From the NCBI GenBank assembly GCA_035491955.1, contig DATJJU010000012.1:1-59075 (forward strand): a DNA stretch of 59,075 nt, read 5' to 3'. The first letter of the stretch is position 1, and each line of letters begins with the position of its first letter. The notes under the pieces were generated by a model. That model ran no database searches. It had not been told where the DNA came from and was given only the letters and a program-made list of their open reading frames with translations. This document shows, in pieces, positions 1 through 8,180 of the stretch. Position numbers and translations under genes: made by a program. The stretch is from Minisyncoccota bacterium. GTDB taxonomy: Bacteria > Patescibacteriota > Minisyncoccia > Phycocordibacterales > UBA9973.

Positions 1-44
1 GTTTTGCACCACTCAACTGGAAGACTAGCCCTCCAATAGTAAAA

Positions 45-69
45 GCCGTGTCGAGCGACACGGCTTTTT
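45..69 (+). terminator. Rho-independent terminator at window edge
   Basis: Perfect 8-bp stem GCCGTGTC/GACACGGC (45-52/57-64), GAGC loop, T5 at 65-69. Confidence 0.6.
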
Positions 70-170
70 ATATCTACAACAGCCTCCTTATAGATATTGT
101 AAAAATACAAACAAAAATTTAACAACATTTCTATGATTACTACCGATTCTTTGCCGGAGTAAGTCATTAT

Positions 171-776
171 ATGTCATATATCTCAAGCAAAGAACAACGG
201 CTTTTGACACTATATGTCTTTTCCTTTCTTTGTCAAAATGAGTACACTACAGTAATGGTAGCAAGAATAGCATTTATCCTTTCAGCAATTTTTCTTCAAG
301 AATGGGTGTTGCTAAACGCATTGCTTTTAGCGGCGCATGAAGGAGTGTATTCAGCCCCGCTTATTTTCACATTATTCGCTCTGGCCTCTGCTGTTGATAT
401 TATTATTGGTTTTTATGTGGGGAAATTTTTAAAAAGAAAAACCTCTCACACCAAGCTAGGGAAGTATGTTGAAAAAAAGTCCGCACGATTTTCTCAGTCA
501 GTGAACAGCCCTCGTCGCTGGCTAGTATTTCTCATTTTAGGAAACTTCAGCTTCTGCTATGTGAATGCCGCAGTCATGGGGTATCTTGAATTGCCGTTCT
601 GGGAAAGCTTCGCTTATAACTTCTTCGGTAATATCGTCGCTATTACCATTGCCTGGTATGCAGTCATCTCAATCAGCTCTCTATTCAAAAATGCGTACAT
701 TGCCGGAGGCGTTATTATTGCAATCAGTGTCCTCGTACTCTTCTTGCTCCGAAGAGTAAATGTAGAACGACTTTAA
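171..776 (+). CDS. Hypothetical polytopic membrane protein
   Basis: 201-aa ORF with several long hydrophobic segments, followed by a hairpin terminator. No family recognised. Confidence 0.5.
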   Translation: MSYISSKEQRLLTLYVFSFLCQNEYTTVMVARIAFILSAIFLQEWVLLNALLLAAHEGVYSAPLIFTLFALASAVDIIIGFYVGKFLKRKTSHTKLGKYVEKKSARFSQSVNSPRRWLVFLILGNFSFCYVNAAVMGYLELPFWESFAYNFFGNIVAITIAWYAVISISSLFKNAYIAGGVIIAISVLVLFLLRRVNVERL

Positions 777-786
777 AAAATGAAAG

Positions 787-809
787 CCCCGCGGAGAGCG
801 GGGACTTTT
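787..809 (+). terminator. Rho-independent terminator
   Basis: CCCCGC/GCGGGG stem (787-792/798-803), 5-nt loop, then ACTTTT. Confidence 0.5.
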
Positions 810-1004
810 GCATGGATGGTTATGTACCATGCCCGGTAAAATTCTCTTAATGATAACAGCACCAAATTTAAAAACAACTACCACCGGAAGAATGCCGATG
901 TTATATTAATTGACTAAATTGGTAAAAGAACAAACGATAACCGCTTTGTACTATATTTATACACTCACTAATGTCAAGATATTGTTTCGTGCTAAAATCA
1001 CACT

Positions 1005-1529
1005 ATGAAAACAGAAACCACTCTTTTTATTCTTTGCGGAGAGGCATTTGCAGGGAAGTCTACAATGTCCAAAAAGCTAGCCGAAAAATATAACCTTAAA
1101 ATAGTTGGCCGTGACGCGGTGTATTTCTCTCTGAAAGAAACACTGGCACTTGATGAAACTCCAGAAGAAGATGATGAAGAGTTGTGGAGCCATCTGTGGC
1201 CTGTTGCTGTTCAGGGTGCGAAGAACCAATTATTTCTCGGAAACTCTGTAGTGTTTGATGATAATTGTTTATATAAGAAGCAGAGAGAAGAGTTGTATGT
1301 TCTGGCAGAAAAATTGAATGCAAAAAAGATATTGATCTATCTTGATATTCCTACAGAGACACTACGACAGAGAAAAGAAGAGAATAAAAAGAATCCTACT
1401 CGTCACGATGTTCCATCTGCATGGCTTGATGAAGACCATGAAATCTTTGAAAGACCCACCCAAGATGAACAACCACTTGTCTTTGATGGCCAAACTGAAA
1501 TAGAGGAATGGATTAAGAGGTTTGAGTAA
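1005..1529 (+). CDS. Small P-loop kinase-like ATP-binding protein (AAA_33-like)
   Basis: Walker A GEAFAGKST at the N-terminus. The 174-aa size fits small nucleotide or sugar kinases. TAAAAT box lies 6 nt upstream of the ATG. Confidence 0.65.
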   Translation: MKTETTLFILCGEAFAGKSTMSKKLAEKYNLKIVGRDAVYFSLKETLALDETPEEDDEELWSHLWPVAVQGAKNQLFLGNSVVFDDNCLYKKQREELYVLAEKLNAKKILIYLDIPTETLRQRKEENKKNPTRHDVPSAWLDEDHEIFERPTQDEQPLVFDGQTEIEEWIKRFE

Positions 1530-1534
1530 ATAAT

Positions 1535-1566
1535 AAAAGCCGCACCCGTAGGGTGCGGCTTTTATT
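1535..1566. terminator. Bidirectional terminator shared by the kinase gene and ssrA
   Basis: AGCCGCACCC/GGGTGCGGCT 10-bp stem (1538-1547/1551-1560), GTA loop, flanked by an A-run and a T-run. Confidence 0.7.
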
Positions 1567-1571
1567 ATTTG

Positions 1572-1951
1572 TGGAGATGGGGATATTGAAATCCCGTGTA
1601 TATAGAGTGAGGAAGCAAATCTACATGCGTAGTAGTGCTTTGATGTTAAGGAATAATCTCGAAGCAATACGAAACAATTATTCCCGAACCTCTACTTATT
1701 TGGTGCAGTAGGGAGGTATCTACTGCTGCCTATCCTGATGCATGTTGCCGCGAACACTCTATCAGAAATCAAGTGTGCGACACCTAGTCGGCGTAAATTA
1801 CGCGAAGCTAGGAACCGCGCCTGCCATAAAAGGAGACGCGACCTTAGATGAACTGTTTGCAGTTATCTGTTGAACGGCTGTTGACGGTGATCACGTTCAT
1901 ACCCGGTATGCATGCAGCCTCGAAGCTCTATATATCGATGCGTGCATCCCC
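1572..1951 (-). ncRNA. ssrA: tmRNA (SsrA), one-piece
   Basis: On the minus strand the 5' GGGGATG pairs with the 3' CATCTCC, including a G3:U wobble (Ala identity). A T-arm GGGAT-TTCAAT-ATCCC and discriminator A follow. The conserved GCATGTAG motif is present. An internal tag ORF (1860 down to 1798) reads GCA AAC ... TTC GCG TAA, giving ANSSSKVASPFMAGAVPSFA. The gene lies directly downstream of smpB. Confidence 0.85.
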
Positions 1952-1996
1952 AAATTTCGCTCTGAACGAAATTTGTCCTGGGAGCTTTCTTTACCG

Positions 1997-2455
1997 TTAG
2001 GTGAAGGAATTTCCCAGGGCAGATTTTGCACGATCCATATCGCGCTTATCCGCTTTCTCTTTCAAAGTATTCCGCTTATCGGCCTTGTTCTTGCCTTTAA
2101 CGATGGCAATGCTGAGCTTGATAAGTGGGCCTTTAGTATGCAATGACAAAGGGATGATCGTCAAGCCTTTGGTTTTGATGACCTTGCTGAGCTCAAGGAG
2201 CTGTTTCTTGTGCACAAGCAATTTTCTAGTGCGATATTGGTCATACCCCGAAGAGGTGTTCTTCTCCTGCCAGGCTGGAATTTGTGCTCCCAAGAGAACA
2301 AGATCGCCATTCAATATGGTGACATGGCTGCCGCTCAAGCTGCCATGACCAGCCCGTACAGACTTCACTTCCGTACCGAGCAATTGGATGCCAGCCTCTA
2401 TAGTATCCTCTATTTTGTAGTCCAGATTGGCCTTTCTATTGTGGAGATATTCCAT
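1997..2455 (-). CDS. smpB: SsrA-binding protein SmpB
   Basis: 152 aa. Shows the typical SmpB N-terminus (NRKA..Y.I....AGI.L.GTEVKS.R) and basic C-tail, and sits next to tmRNA. Confidence 0.95.
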   Translation of the reverse strand: MEYLHNRKANLDYKIEDTIEAGIQLLGTEVKSVRAGHGSLSGSHVTILNGDLVLLGAQIPAWQEKNTSSGYDQYRTRKLLVHKKQLLELSKVIKTKGLTIIPLSLHTKGPLIKLSIAIVKGKNKADKRNTLKEKADKRDMDRAKSALGNSFT

Positions 2456-2502
2456 ACAGGCTTATTCTAACAATAATTTACATTTTGTGTATAATGCACA
2501 GT

Positions 2503-4389
2503 ATGCCGAAAAAAGAACCAGAAAAACCAGAGGCACCAAAGAAGCGATCTCTTTCTTCCTATATTTTCTCAACTTTGCTCCTCTTCGCTATTATTGTTGT
2601 CCTTTATTCACTGCTCTCAGGGGTAGGATCTGACAAAACACCGACTGTTACACTTTCAGAAGTGGCGCGCCTCACCCAAGCGGGGCAGGTGAAGTCTATC
2701 GTCGTTGATGATCAAGATCTTACTGTTACAAAAACAGATGGCAGTGTTGTTGATTCCAAAAAAGAATCGTCTACCTCGCTTGTCCAAACACTGTCTTCAT
2801 ACGGAGTAGACGCTACGCATCTTGATGCAGTAGATATCAGCGTCTCTACGCAGTCAGGCTTTCTCTACTTCCTTATCACGATTTCTCCATTTGTTCTGCC
2901 AATTCTTGTTGCAGCATTATTCTTGTGGTTGCTGAGTCGCCAGGCCAAAGGCGCAGGCATGCAGGCATTTACATTCGGCCAATCAAAAGCCCGCGTGACT
3001 GATCCTAATGATAAGAACAACCGTGTGACATTCAAAGATGTGGCAGGCGCTCGCGAAGCCAAAGAAGAGTTGAAAGAAATCGTAGACTTTTTGAAAAACC
3101 CAAAAAAGTTTTTGGATATTGGTGCGCGCATACCAAAAGGTGTGTTGTTGGCTGGTGCTCCGGGTACGGGTAAAACATTGCTGGCTCGCGCAGTAGCAGG
3201 GGAGGCCGGCGTGCCATTCTTCCATTTGTCCGGTTCTGAATTCGTAGAAATGTTTGTGGGTGTTGGTGCATCTCGCGTGCGCGACCTTTTCAAAATGGCT
3301 AAGCGTACAGCGCCGGCTATTATTTTCATCGATGAAATAGATGCAGTAGGACGCGTGCGTGGCGGTGGTTATGGCGGAGGTAACGATGAACGCGAGCAGA
3401 CATTGAACCAGATCTTGGTGGAAATGGACGGCTTCGAACCAAATGACAAAGTGATCGTCATGGCTGCTACGAACCGTAGCGATGTCTTAGATCCTGCCTT
3501 GCTTCGCCCGGGCCGCTTTGACCGTCGCGTCATGCTTGATCTGCCAGATCGTCGTGATCGTGAAGATATTTTGAACGTGCACGCCGACAAGAAACCGTTT
3601 GGAGAAGATGTGAATTTGAAAGTAATCGCAGAGCGCACCCCCGGCTTCTCAGGTGCAGACCTTTTCTCTCTTATGAACGAAGGAGCGATTCTTGCAGCAA
3701 GAGAAAATAGAAAAAAGATTTCTCAGTTTGATCTCGTACGCTCAATTGAAAAGGTCATGATTGGCCCAGAGCGCAAAAGCTATTTGCTTAATAAAAAAGA
3801 GAAGCGCATCACTGCCTATCATGAAGCAGCACATGCTCTTGTGGCATCAGTTCTTCCTAATGCTGATCCTGTGCACAAGATCACTATTATTTCTCGTGGT
3901 AATGCTCTTGGATATACCATGAAGATTTCTCTTGAAGAGCGCAAGCTTACTAGCAAGCAAGAATTTCTTGATGATCTTGCAATGTCGCTCGCAGGCTATG
4001 CAGTAGAGGATATGATGTTTGGCGGAGTAAGTACTGGACCTTCTGGTGACTTGCAGCAGGGTACTGCTATTGCTCGAGCAATGGTGACCCGTTGGGGTAT
4101 GAGCGATGCTATTGGTCCTCTCGCGCTTGAAGCAGAGGCAGGACGTCCGATACCCGGCCAGTCTGGCGACGGAAAGGAATATTCAGATGAAACAAGTGCA
4201 CTAGTAGACAAAGAAGTACAGCGCATCATGACTGAAGCGCTTGAGCGCGCTCGCGAAGTGCTCACTACTCATAAAAATGTCTTGGATGTTATCGCTAATA
4301 AATTGATCGAAGTAGAGACTCTTGAACAGCCTGAATACGAAGCTATCCTCTCTGCTCATGGTATTGCATTGAAGAAGCTTGAGGCGTAG
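2503..4389 (+). CDS. ftsH: ATP-dependent zinc metalloprotease FtsH
   Basis: N-terminal TM helices, Walker A GAPGTGKT, Walker [12 protein letters not shown] region, and HEAAH zinc motif. The ORF opens at TTG 2485. ATGs occur at 2494 and 2503, and I prefer 2503 because TATAAT at 2490-2495 lies 7 nt upstream. Confidence 0.95.
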   Translation: MPKKEPEKPEAPKKRSLSSYIFSTLLLFAIIVVLYSLLSGVGSDKTPTVTLSEVARLTQAGQVKSIVVDDQDLTVTKTDGSVVDSKKESSTSLVQTLSSYGVDATHLDAVDISVSTQSGFLYFLITISPFVLPILVAALFLWLLSRQAKGAGMQAFTFGQSKARVTDPNDKNNRVTFKDVAGAREAKEELKEIVDFLKNPKKFLDIGARIPKGVLLAGAPGTGKTLLARAVAGEAGVPFFHLSGSEFVEMFVGVGASRVRDLFKMAKRTAPAIIFIDEIDAVGRVRGGGYGGGNDEREQTLNQILVEMDGFEPNDKVIVMAATNRSDVLDPALLRPGRFDRRVMLDLPDRRDREDILNVHADKKPFGEDVNLKVIAERTPGFSGADLFSLMNEGAILAARENRKKISQFDLVRSIEKVMIGPERKSYLLNKKEKRITAYHEAAHALVASVLPNADPVHKITIISRGNALGYTMKISLEERKLTSKQEFLDDLAMSLAGYAVEDMMFGGVSTGPSGDLQQGTAIARAMVTRWGMSDAIGPLALEAEAGRPIPGQSGDGKEYSDETSALVDKEVQRIMTEALERAREVLTTHKNVLDVIANKLIEVETLEQPEYEAILSAHGIALKKLEA

Positions 4390-4418
4390 ACTGAAGAAAA
4401 CAAAAAACCTTAAACGTC

Positions 4419-4793
4419 ATGAAAATCGTACGCTTTCTGTTGTGTATGGCGGTAACCGTTGTTATTGCTTGCACGTTCGCCTCTGCTCAGTCCAAAAAGG
4501 ATGACCAAACCATGGCTACGACAGTAGCTAAAAAGAAAAAAGAATTGCCAAAGATTTTGCGAACAGACTCGATCAAACCCTGTTTACCGGTCACTCAAAA
4601 AGCCCTTGGTGTTAATTTCAAAACAGAAAGTGCTCGAAGACAGATGGTGCCGTACACGTTTAAAAACGAGAGCATCATGACTATAGTCAAGCAAAGCATA
4701 CCTCGCTTCGATGAATTTTCCGGGGTTACATTCGGTCAATTCTGCGTGAATCCTCCTTTGAATGTAGGGTACGTGTTTAACAAATATCAATAA
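4419..4793 (+). CDS. Hypothetical secreted protein
   Basis: 124 aa with an N-terminal signal-like hydrophobic segment ending ASAQS. No family recognised. Confidence 0.5.
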   Translation: MKIVRFLLCMAVTVVIACTFASAQSKKDDQTMATTVAKKKKELPKILRTDSIKPCLPVTQKALGVNFKTESARRQMVPYTFKNESIMTIVKQSIPRFDEFSGVTFGQFCVNPPLNVGYVFNKYQ

Positions 4794-4815
4794 GGTTTAT
4801 AAAAAAATATAAAAA

Positions 4816-4841
4816 GCCCTCAGCATATTGAGGGCTTTTTT
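4816..4841. terminator. Bidirectional terminator
   Basis: GCCCTCA/TGAGGGC stem (4816-4822/4829-4835) flanked by A5 and T6, between convergent genes. Confidence 0.65.
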
Positions 4842-4842
4842 A

Positions 4843-5322
4843 TTATGCAGCAGAAGCTTTGTCTTGTCCGATTTTTTCGAGATGGCCTTCTGCCATTTCG
4901 AGCATCTCGTAGTGATAGTTAATGCCTTCTTCGGTCAGTGTTGCCAGAGCGTCGTTGTCGAGAGCTTGTGATGAACCCTGCATCAATGCATAGTGCACGA
5001 TTGCTGCACCTTCAAAGAATCCGCTCCACTCCATGAGCTCAGTAGCGTTGTCCCATTGGTCTGCCACATAGAGATCGCGCATCTTCTTTAGCTTCTCTTC
5101 TGTTGCAGCTGCCTTGGTATTAGTGATATCAATCACGCCGCCTTCGGTAGCGATTTGTACGATGCTATCGCCGTGCATGCGATCTCTTTCTTCAATATCC
5201 TTTACCTTTTCTTCTCCTAATATTTCTACCAGCGCTGCACGACCTTTTTCGTAGGTATCAATACCAACACGATTAAACGCCAATATCTCTCCTAATTTTT
5301 TACCAACAAATTCATTCATCAT
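4843..5322 (-). CDS. Hypothetical cytoplasmic helical protein
   Basis: 159-aa acidic, helix-rich ORF with a clean terminator. No motif recognised. Confidence 0.5.
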   Translation of the reverse strand: MMNEFVGKKLGEILAFNRVGIDTYEKGRAALVEILGEEKVKDIEERDRMHGDSIVQIATEGGVIDITNTKAAATEEKLKKMRDLYVADQWDNATELMEWSGFFEGAAIVHYALMQGSSQALDNDALATLTEEGINYHYEMLEMAEGHLEKIGQDKASAA

Positions 5323-5386
5323 ATAGCTATACGGTAACGGAAATTGTTTTTTTACACAAGTCGGGCTAGAATCAGGGGGTTACCAT

Positions 5387-5459
5387 GGGAGTATAGCTCA
5401 GTTGGTAGAGCGCCGAGCTTATACCTCGGTGGTCGATGGTTCGAGTCCATCTACTCCCA
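5387..5459 (+). tRNA. tRNA-Ile, anticodon TAT (UAU)
   Basis: Cloverleaf GGGAGTA/TACTCCC, D arm GCTC-AGTTGGTA-GAGC, anticodon arm CCGAG-CTTATAC-CTCGG, T arm GATGG-TTCGAGT-CCATC, discriminator A. CCA is not fully encoded. Confidence 0.85.
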
Positions 5460-5520
5460 CCTGTTTGTATTTCATATACAAATAAAGTATAAATCGTTAT
5501 AATTCAGCAATAAACTGAAT

Positions 5521-6087
5521 ATGAAGAACATAATTACTCAGTTAGGGATAGGAATTTTGGTTTCAATTGCAGGAACTTTTGCTTCTTTATCTATAGCATC
5601 ACTTTATAATAAACAAGATGTTACTTGGAATACAGACCGTTGTGTTTACAGCGATACTTTAGTTGCCGATTGCTATTATTATAAAGTCCCTGGTTATTCA
5701 ATTGGTCAGATTTATATTTTAAATTCAGGTTCAACTATAGCAAAAAATGTTAGGGTTATTCTAAACGATAATATCCCTCCAGAAAATGTTATGGTCATTG
5801 ATACCCCAGCTACTATTAAAATTGAAAATAGTAAGACAGTGATTACTGCAGAAAGTTTACAACCTGACGGAGGTGATTTAGATATCGCTTTTAAAACAGT
5901 TACAGATTCAGATACATATGGTATATATAATCTTTCTACAGACTCAGGTCCAATCTCACCTTTCGATGCGAGCGGTCCATGGTGGCAGTTTTCAACAGCT
6001 AGAAAAATCTTTGTTCTAACAGTCAGTATCTGTTCACTTCTAATAGGCTTCTTTATCGCTAGGCGAGGTTTAAACAGAGAAGTTTAA
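5521..6087 (+). CDS. Hypothetical membrane-anchored protein (N- and C-terminal TM helices)
   Basis: 188-aa ORF in an AT-rich stretch just 3' of tRNA-Ile. No family recognised. Confidence 0.45.
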   Translation: MKNIITQLGIGILVSIAGTFASLSIASLYNKQDVTWNTDRCVYSDTLVADCYYYKVPGYSIGQIYILNSGSTIAKNVRVILNDNIPPENVMVIDTPATIKIENSKTVITAESLQPDGGDLDIAFKTVTDSDTYGIYNLSTDSGPISPFDASGPWWQFSTARKIFVLTVSICSLLIGFFIARRGLNREV

Positions 6088-6100
6088 CTATTTATTTCGT

Positions 6101-6466
6101 ATGTCTCCGGAAGATTATTTCAAACAATCACAAGAGTCTGGTCAATCGTTTTTTGCAAGATGGTCCATTCTTTCTGGGGGCACATTGACCTTACTTATCG
6201 CGTTTCTTGAATCATTAAATGGTAATATAACTCATATTTTATTACTCCGCTTTATAGAAATATTTTTAATTATTTCCCTCATCACCTCCTCACTCCACTC
6301 GTGGCTTGTAAGTAGGATAGCTTTTTATAACTCTTCTCAATCTAATCGAACCAGACATGTAATATACTCAAAACTACAGACAGTTAATCACCGTGTTGCC
6401 ATTATTTTCTACATCATTGCGATAGTTCTTCTTTTTATTTTTATAAATGCAAATTTAATAAAATAG
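6101..6466 (+). CDS. Hypothetical membrane protein
   Basis: 121-aa ORF with 3 hydrophobic helices in an AT-rich stretch. No family recognised. Confidence 0.4.
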   Translation: MSPEDYFKQSQESGQSFFARWSILSGGTLTLLIAFLESLNGNITHILLLRFIEIFLIISLITSSLHSWLVSRIAFYNSSQSNRTRHVIYSKLQTVNHRVAIIFYIIAIVLLFIFINANLIK

Positions 6467-6553
6467 AAACGGGGGATAAAGAACTTCTCGGAATAGGTCA
6501 GGAAGTCTATAATTCTATATGGTTGTCGTGACCAAATAATACGCGATGATCAT

Positions 6554-6925
6554 ATGCATATGAATACACAAAAAGCAGCGAAATGGTTTGGTTGGGTCAT
6601 CCTCTTGGTTGGTATCCTTGGTTTTATTCCAGGGGTCGTGACTTCATCAGGACTCCTCCTTGGTATCTTCCAAGTTGATCCAATGCACAACCTTGTACAT
6701 ATTCTTACCGGTTTGATCGCATTGTTCTGCATGGGCAGCTTCGGTGCATCAAAGACATTTTTCAAAATATTCGGTATCGTCTACGCTCTCGTTACTATCC
6801 TTGGCTTCGTTGGCCATGGCATGGTGCTCGGCATGATGATGAATATGGCGGACAATCTTTTGCACGTTGTTATTACAATCTTCGCTCTCTACTACGGTTT
6901 CCGTGGCGAAGGCGCATCAATGTAA
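6554..6925 (+). CDS. DUF4383-family membrane protein
   Basis: 123 aa with four TM helices. The pattern GFIPG....LLG.F.V...HN.VH...G is typical of DUF4383. Confidence 0.6.
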   Translation: MHMNTQKAAKWFGWVILLVGILGFIPGVVTSSGLLLGIFQVDPMHNLVHILTGLIALFCMGSFGASKTFFKIFGIVYALVTILGFVGHGMVLGMMMNMADNLLHVVITIFALYYGFRGEGASM

Positions 6926-6949
6926 TAAACTATTGTCGCAAATATAAAA

Positions 6950-6974
6950 ACACCCACTTTGGTGGGTGTTTTTA
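6950..6974. terminator. Bidirectional terminator
   Basis: ACACCCAC/GTGGGTGT stem (6950-6957/6962-6969), TTTG loop, flanked by A5 and T5. Confidence 0.65.
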
Positions 6975-6991
6975 TATTATTGTTCCAAACA

Positions 6992-7600
6992 CTAAAGGAT
7001 ATTCGAACTTTTCTCATCAGCGGGTAATACATTAAACTCCTTGTATTTCTCACAAAGAATCTTCGCTTGTTCGGGAGAGATTGCTTTCACATACTGTACG
7101 TTATCTCCATAAGAAGAGGGAACATCCCACAGGTCATGTTTAATGAGTGGTCCCCATGCCCATTTGGAAATAACCTTTCCGTTATCAAGCGTTCCTATAT
7201 GTGTAATCATTTTTGGATAATTTTTCATATCTTTATACAGTACCCAATCACCATTCTGTGGCTCGTCAGTAAGATGAAGTTCTCCTAGGTCTATAAGTTT
7301 CTGAAAGAATGCATCATAAATAAATCCTTTGGTTTCTTTGAGAAGCTCTTTGTCATTATGTAGTCCCAAAGCATAGATAAAACAATTATAGTTTTCATCG
7401 TACGGAAGGGGATTTGCCAACACCTCTAATTCTTTGGGCAGTAACGGAAGTGTGTTCTTGATAAAAAGTTCTGGTTTCCACCAGTTATTACCTTCGTCGG
7501 TCAGGATAATTTTATCGAGCATTTCTCGGTCTATCATGAAAGAAGTATAGCAGGGTTTCACTACTTCGAACGTTAGAGGGTGTTCGAACTCAATTGACAA
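6992..7600 (-). CDS. Hypothetical protein, possible papain-fold (NlpC/P60-like) Cys-His hydrolase
   Basis: 202 aa with no signal peptide. NCFIYALG (candidate nucleophile Cys) is followed by GDWVLYKD....ITHIGTLDNGKVISKW, which resembles the NlpC/P60 His segment. The assignment is weak. Confidence 0.35.
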   Translation of the reverse strand: MSIEFEHPLTFEVVKPCYTSFMIDREMLDKIILTDEGNNWWKPELFIKNTLPLLPKELEVLANPLPYDENYNCFIYALGLHNDKELLKETKGFIYDAFFQKLIDLGELHLTDEPQNGDWVLYKDMKNYPKMITHIGTLDNGKVISKWAWGPLIKHDLWDVPSSYGDNVQYVKAISPEQAKILCEKYKEFNVLPADEKSSNIL

Positions 7601-7639
7601 AAGTGGTGAAAATCGTAGTATGAGAAAAAACTTAAAAAG

Positions 7640-8137
7640 ATGATCATAAAAACCGAAACCCCCGATGCTTTAGCTTTAATTATGGAGTTAGAGATTACTA
7701 GAGCAGACATGGATTATGACTTTGAATATCTGCGACAAAGAAATAATAGAGGTATTACAGAAAAAAATGTTGCCCGTCAAAAGGACTTCACACCTAGATG
7801 GAACTTATGTGAATCAACAGTAGACATACATGCTGAGTATATGCTTAAGTCTGATCTAGGAAACTTCTATTGCCGTTGCGATCTCCCTCATATTTCAGCT
7901 CTTCTTAAAAAATATGAAAGTGAATTCTTGAAGAGTGAACAAAGCGTGTATTTTTTAACTTCCTACTGGGGATGGTTTGGGGGAGGAGGTTTTCTTTATC
8001 CCGTACCAGAATGGACGGAACTACCGGGTTGGTATAAATTTAACAAGAATGGATTTTCCCCTGGTTGTGGATTTGACTCACGAGAAGAGATACATAAAGG
8101 CCGGCGATTTATCTTTCCAAGACCATACGGAACATAA
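7640..8137 (+). CDS. Hypothetical protein
   Basis: 165-aa ORF divergent from 6992-7600. No motif recognised. Confidence 0.4.
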   Translation: MIIKTETPDALALIMELEITRADMDYDFEYLRQRNNRGITEKNVARQKDFTPRWNLCESTVDIHAEYMLKSDLGNFYCRCDLPHISALLKKYESEFLKSEQSVYFLTSYWGWFGGGGFLYPVPEWTELPGWYKFNKNGFSPGCGFDSREEIHKGRRFIFPRPYGT

Positions 8138-8149
8138 AGATCTTATATA

Positions 8150-8180
8150 GGTCTGCACTTGAAAAAGTGCAGACCTTTTT
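8150..8180. terminator. Bidirectional terminator overlapping the recG stop
   Basis: GGTCTGCACTT/AAGTGCAGACC 11-bp stem (8150-8160/8165-8175), GAAA loop, T5. Confidence 0.7.

Noticed and set aside
681-884. 67-aa minus ORF across the end of the first membrane-protein gene and its terminator
   Set aside because: It overlaps the terminator hairpin and a better-supported gene, and it has no motif.
1362-1667. 101-aa minus-strand ORF spanning the kinase 3' end, the terminator and the tmRNA 3' end
   Set aside because: It overlaps a clear terminator hairpin and the tmRNA T-arm/acceptor. It has odd composition and no motif, so I treat it as a shadow ORF.
2865-4265. Several antisense or alternative-frame ORFs inside ftsH (for example 2865-3329, 3369-3638, 3996-4265). 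The same occurs inside ligA (39350-39973, 40373-40864), the DEAD-box gene (45119-45832), typA (47208-47639) and pilM (28228-28740)
   Set aside because: They lie entirely within strongly supported conserved genes and have Arg/Ser/Pro-rich shadow-frame composition with no motifs.
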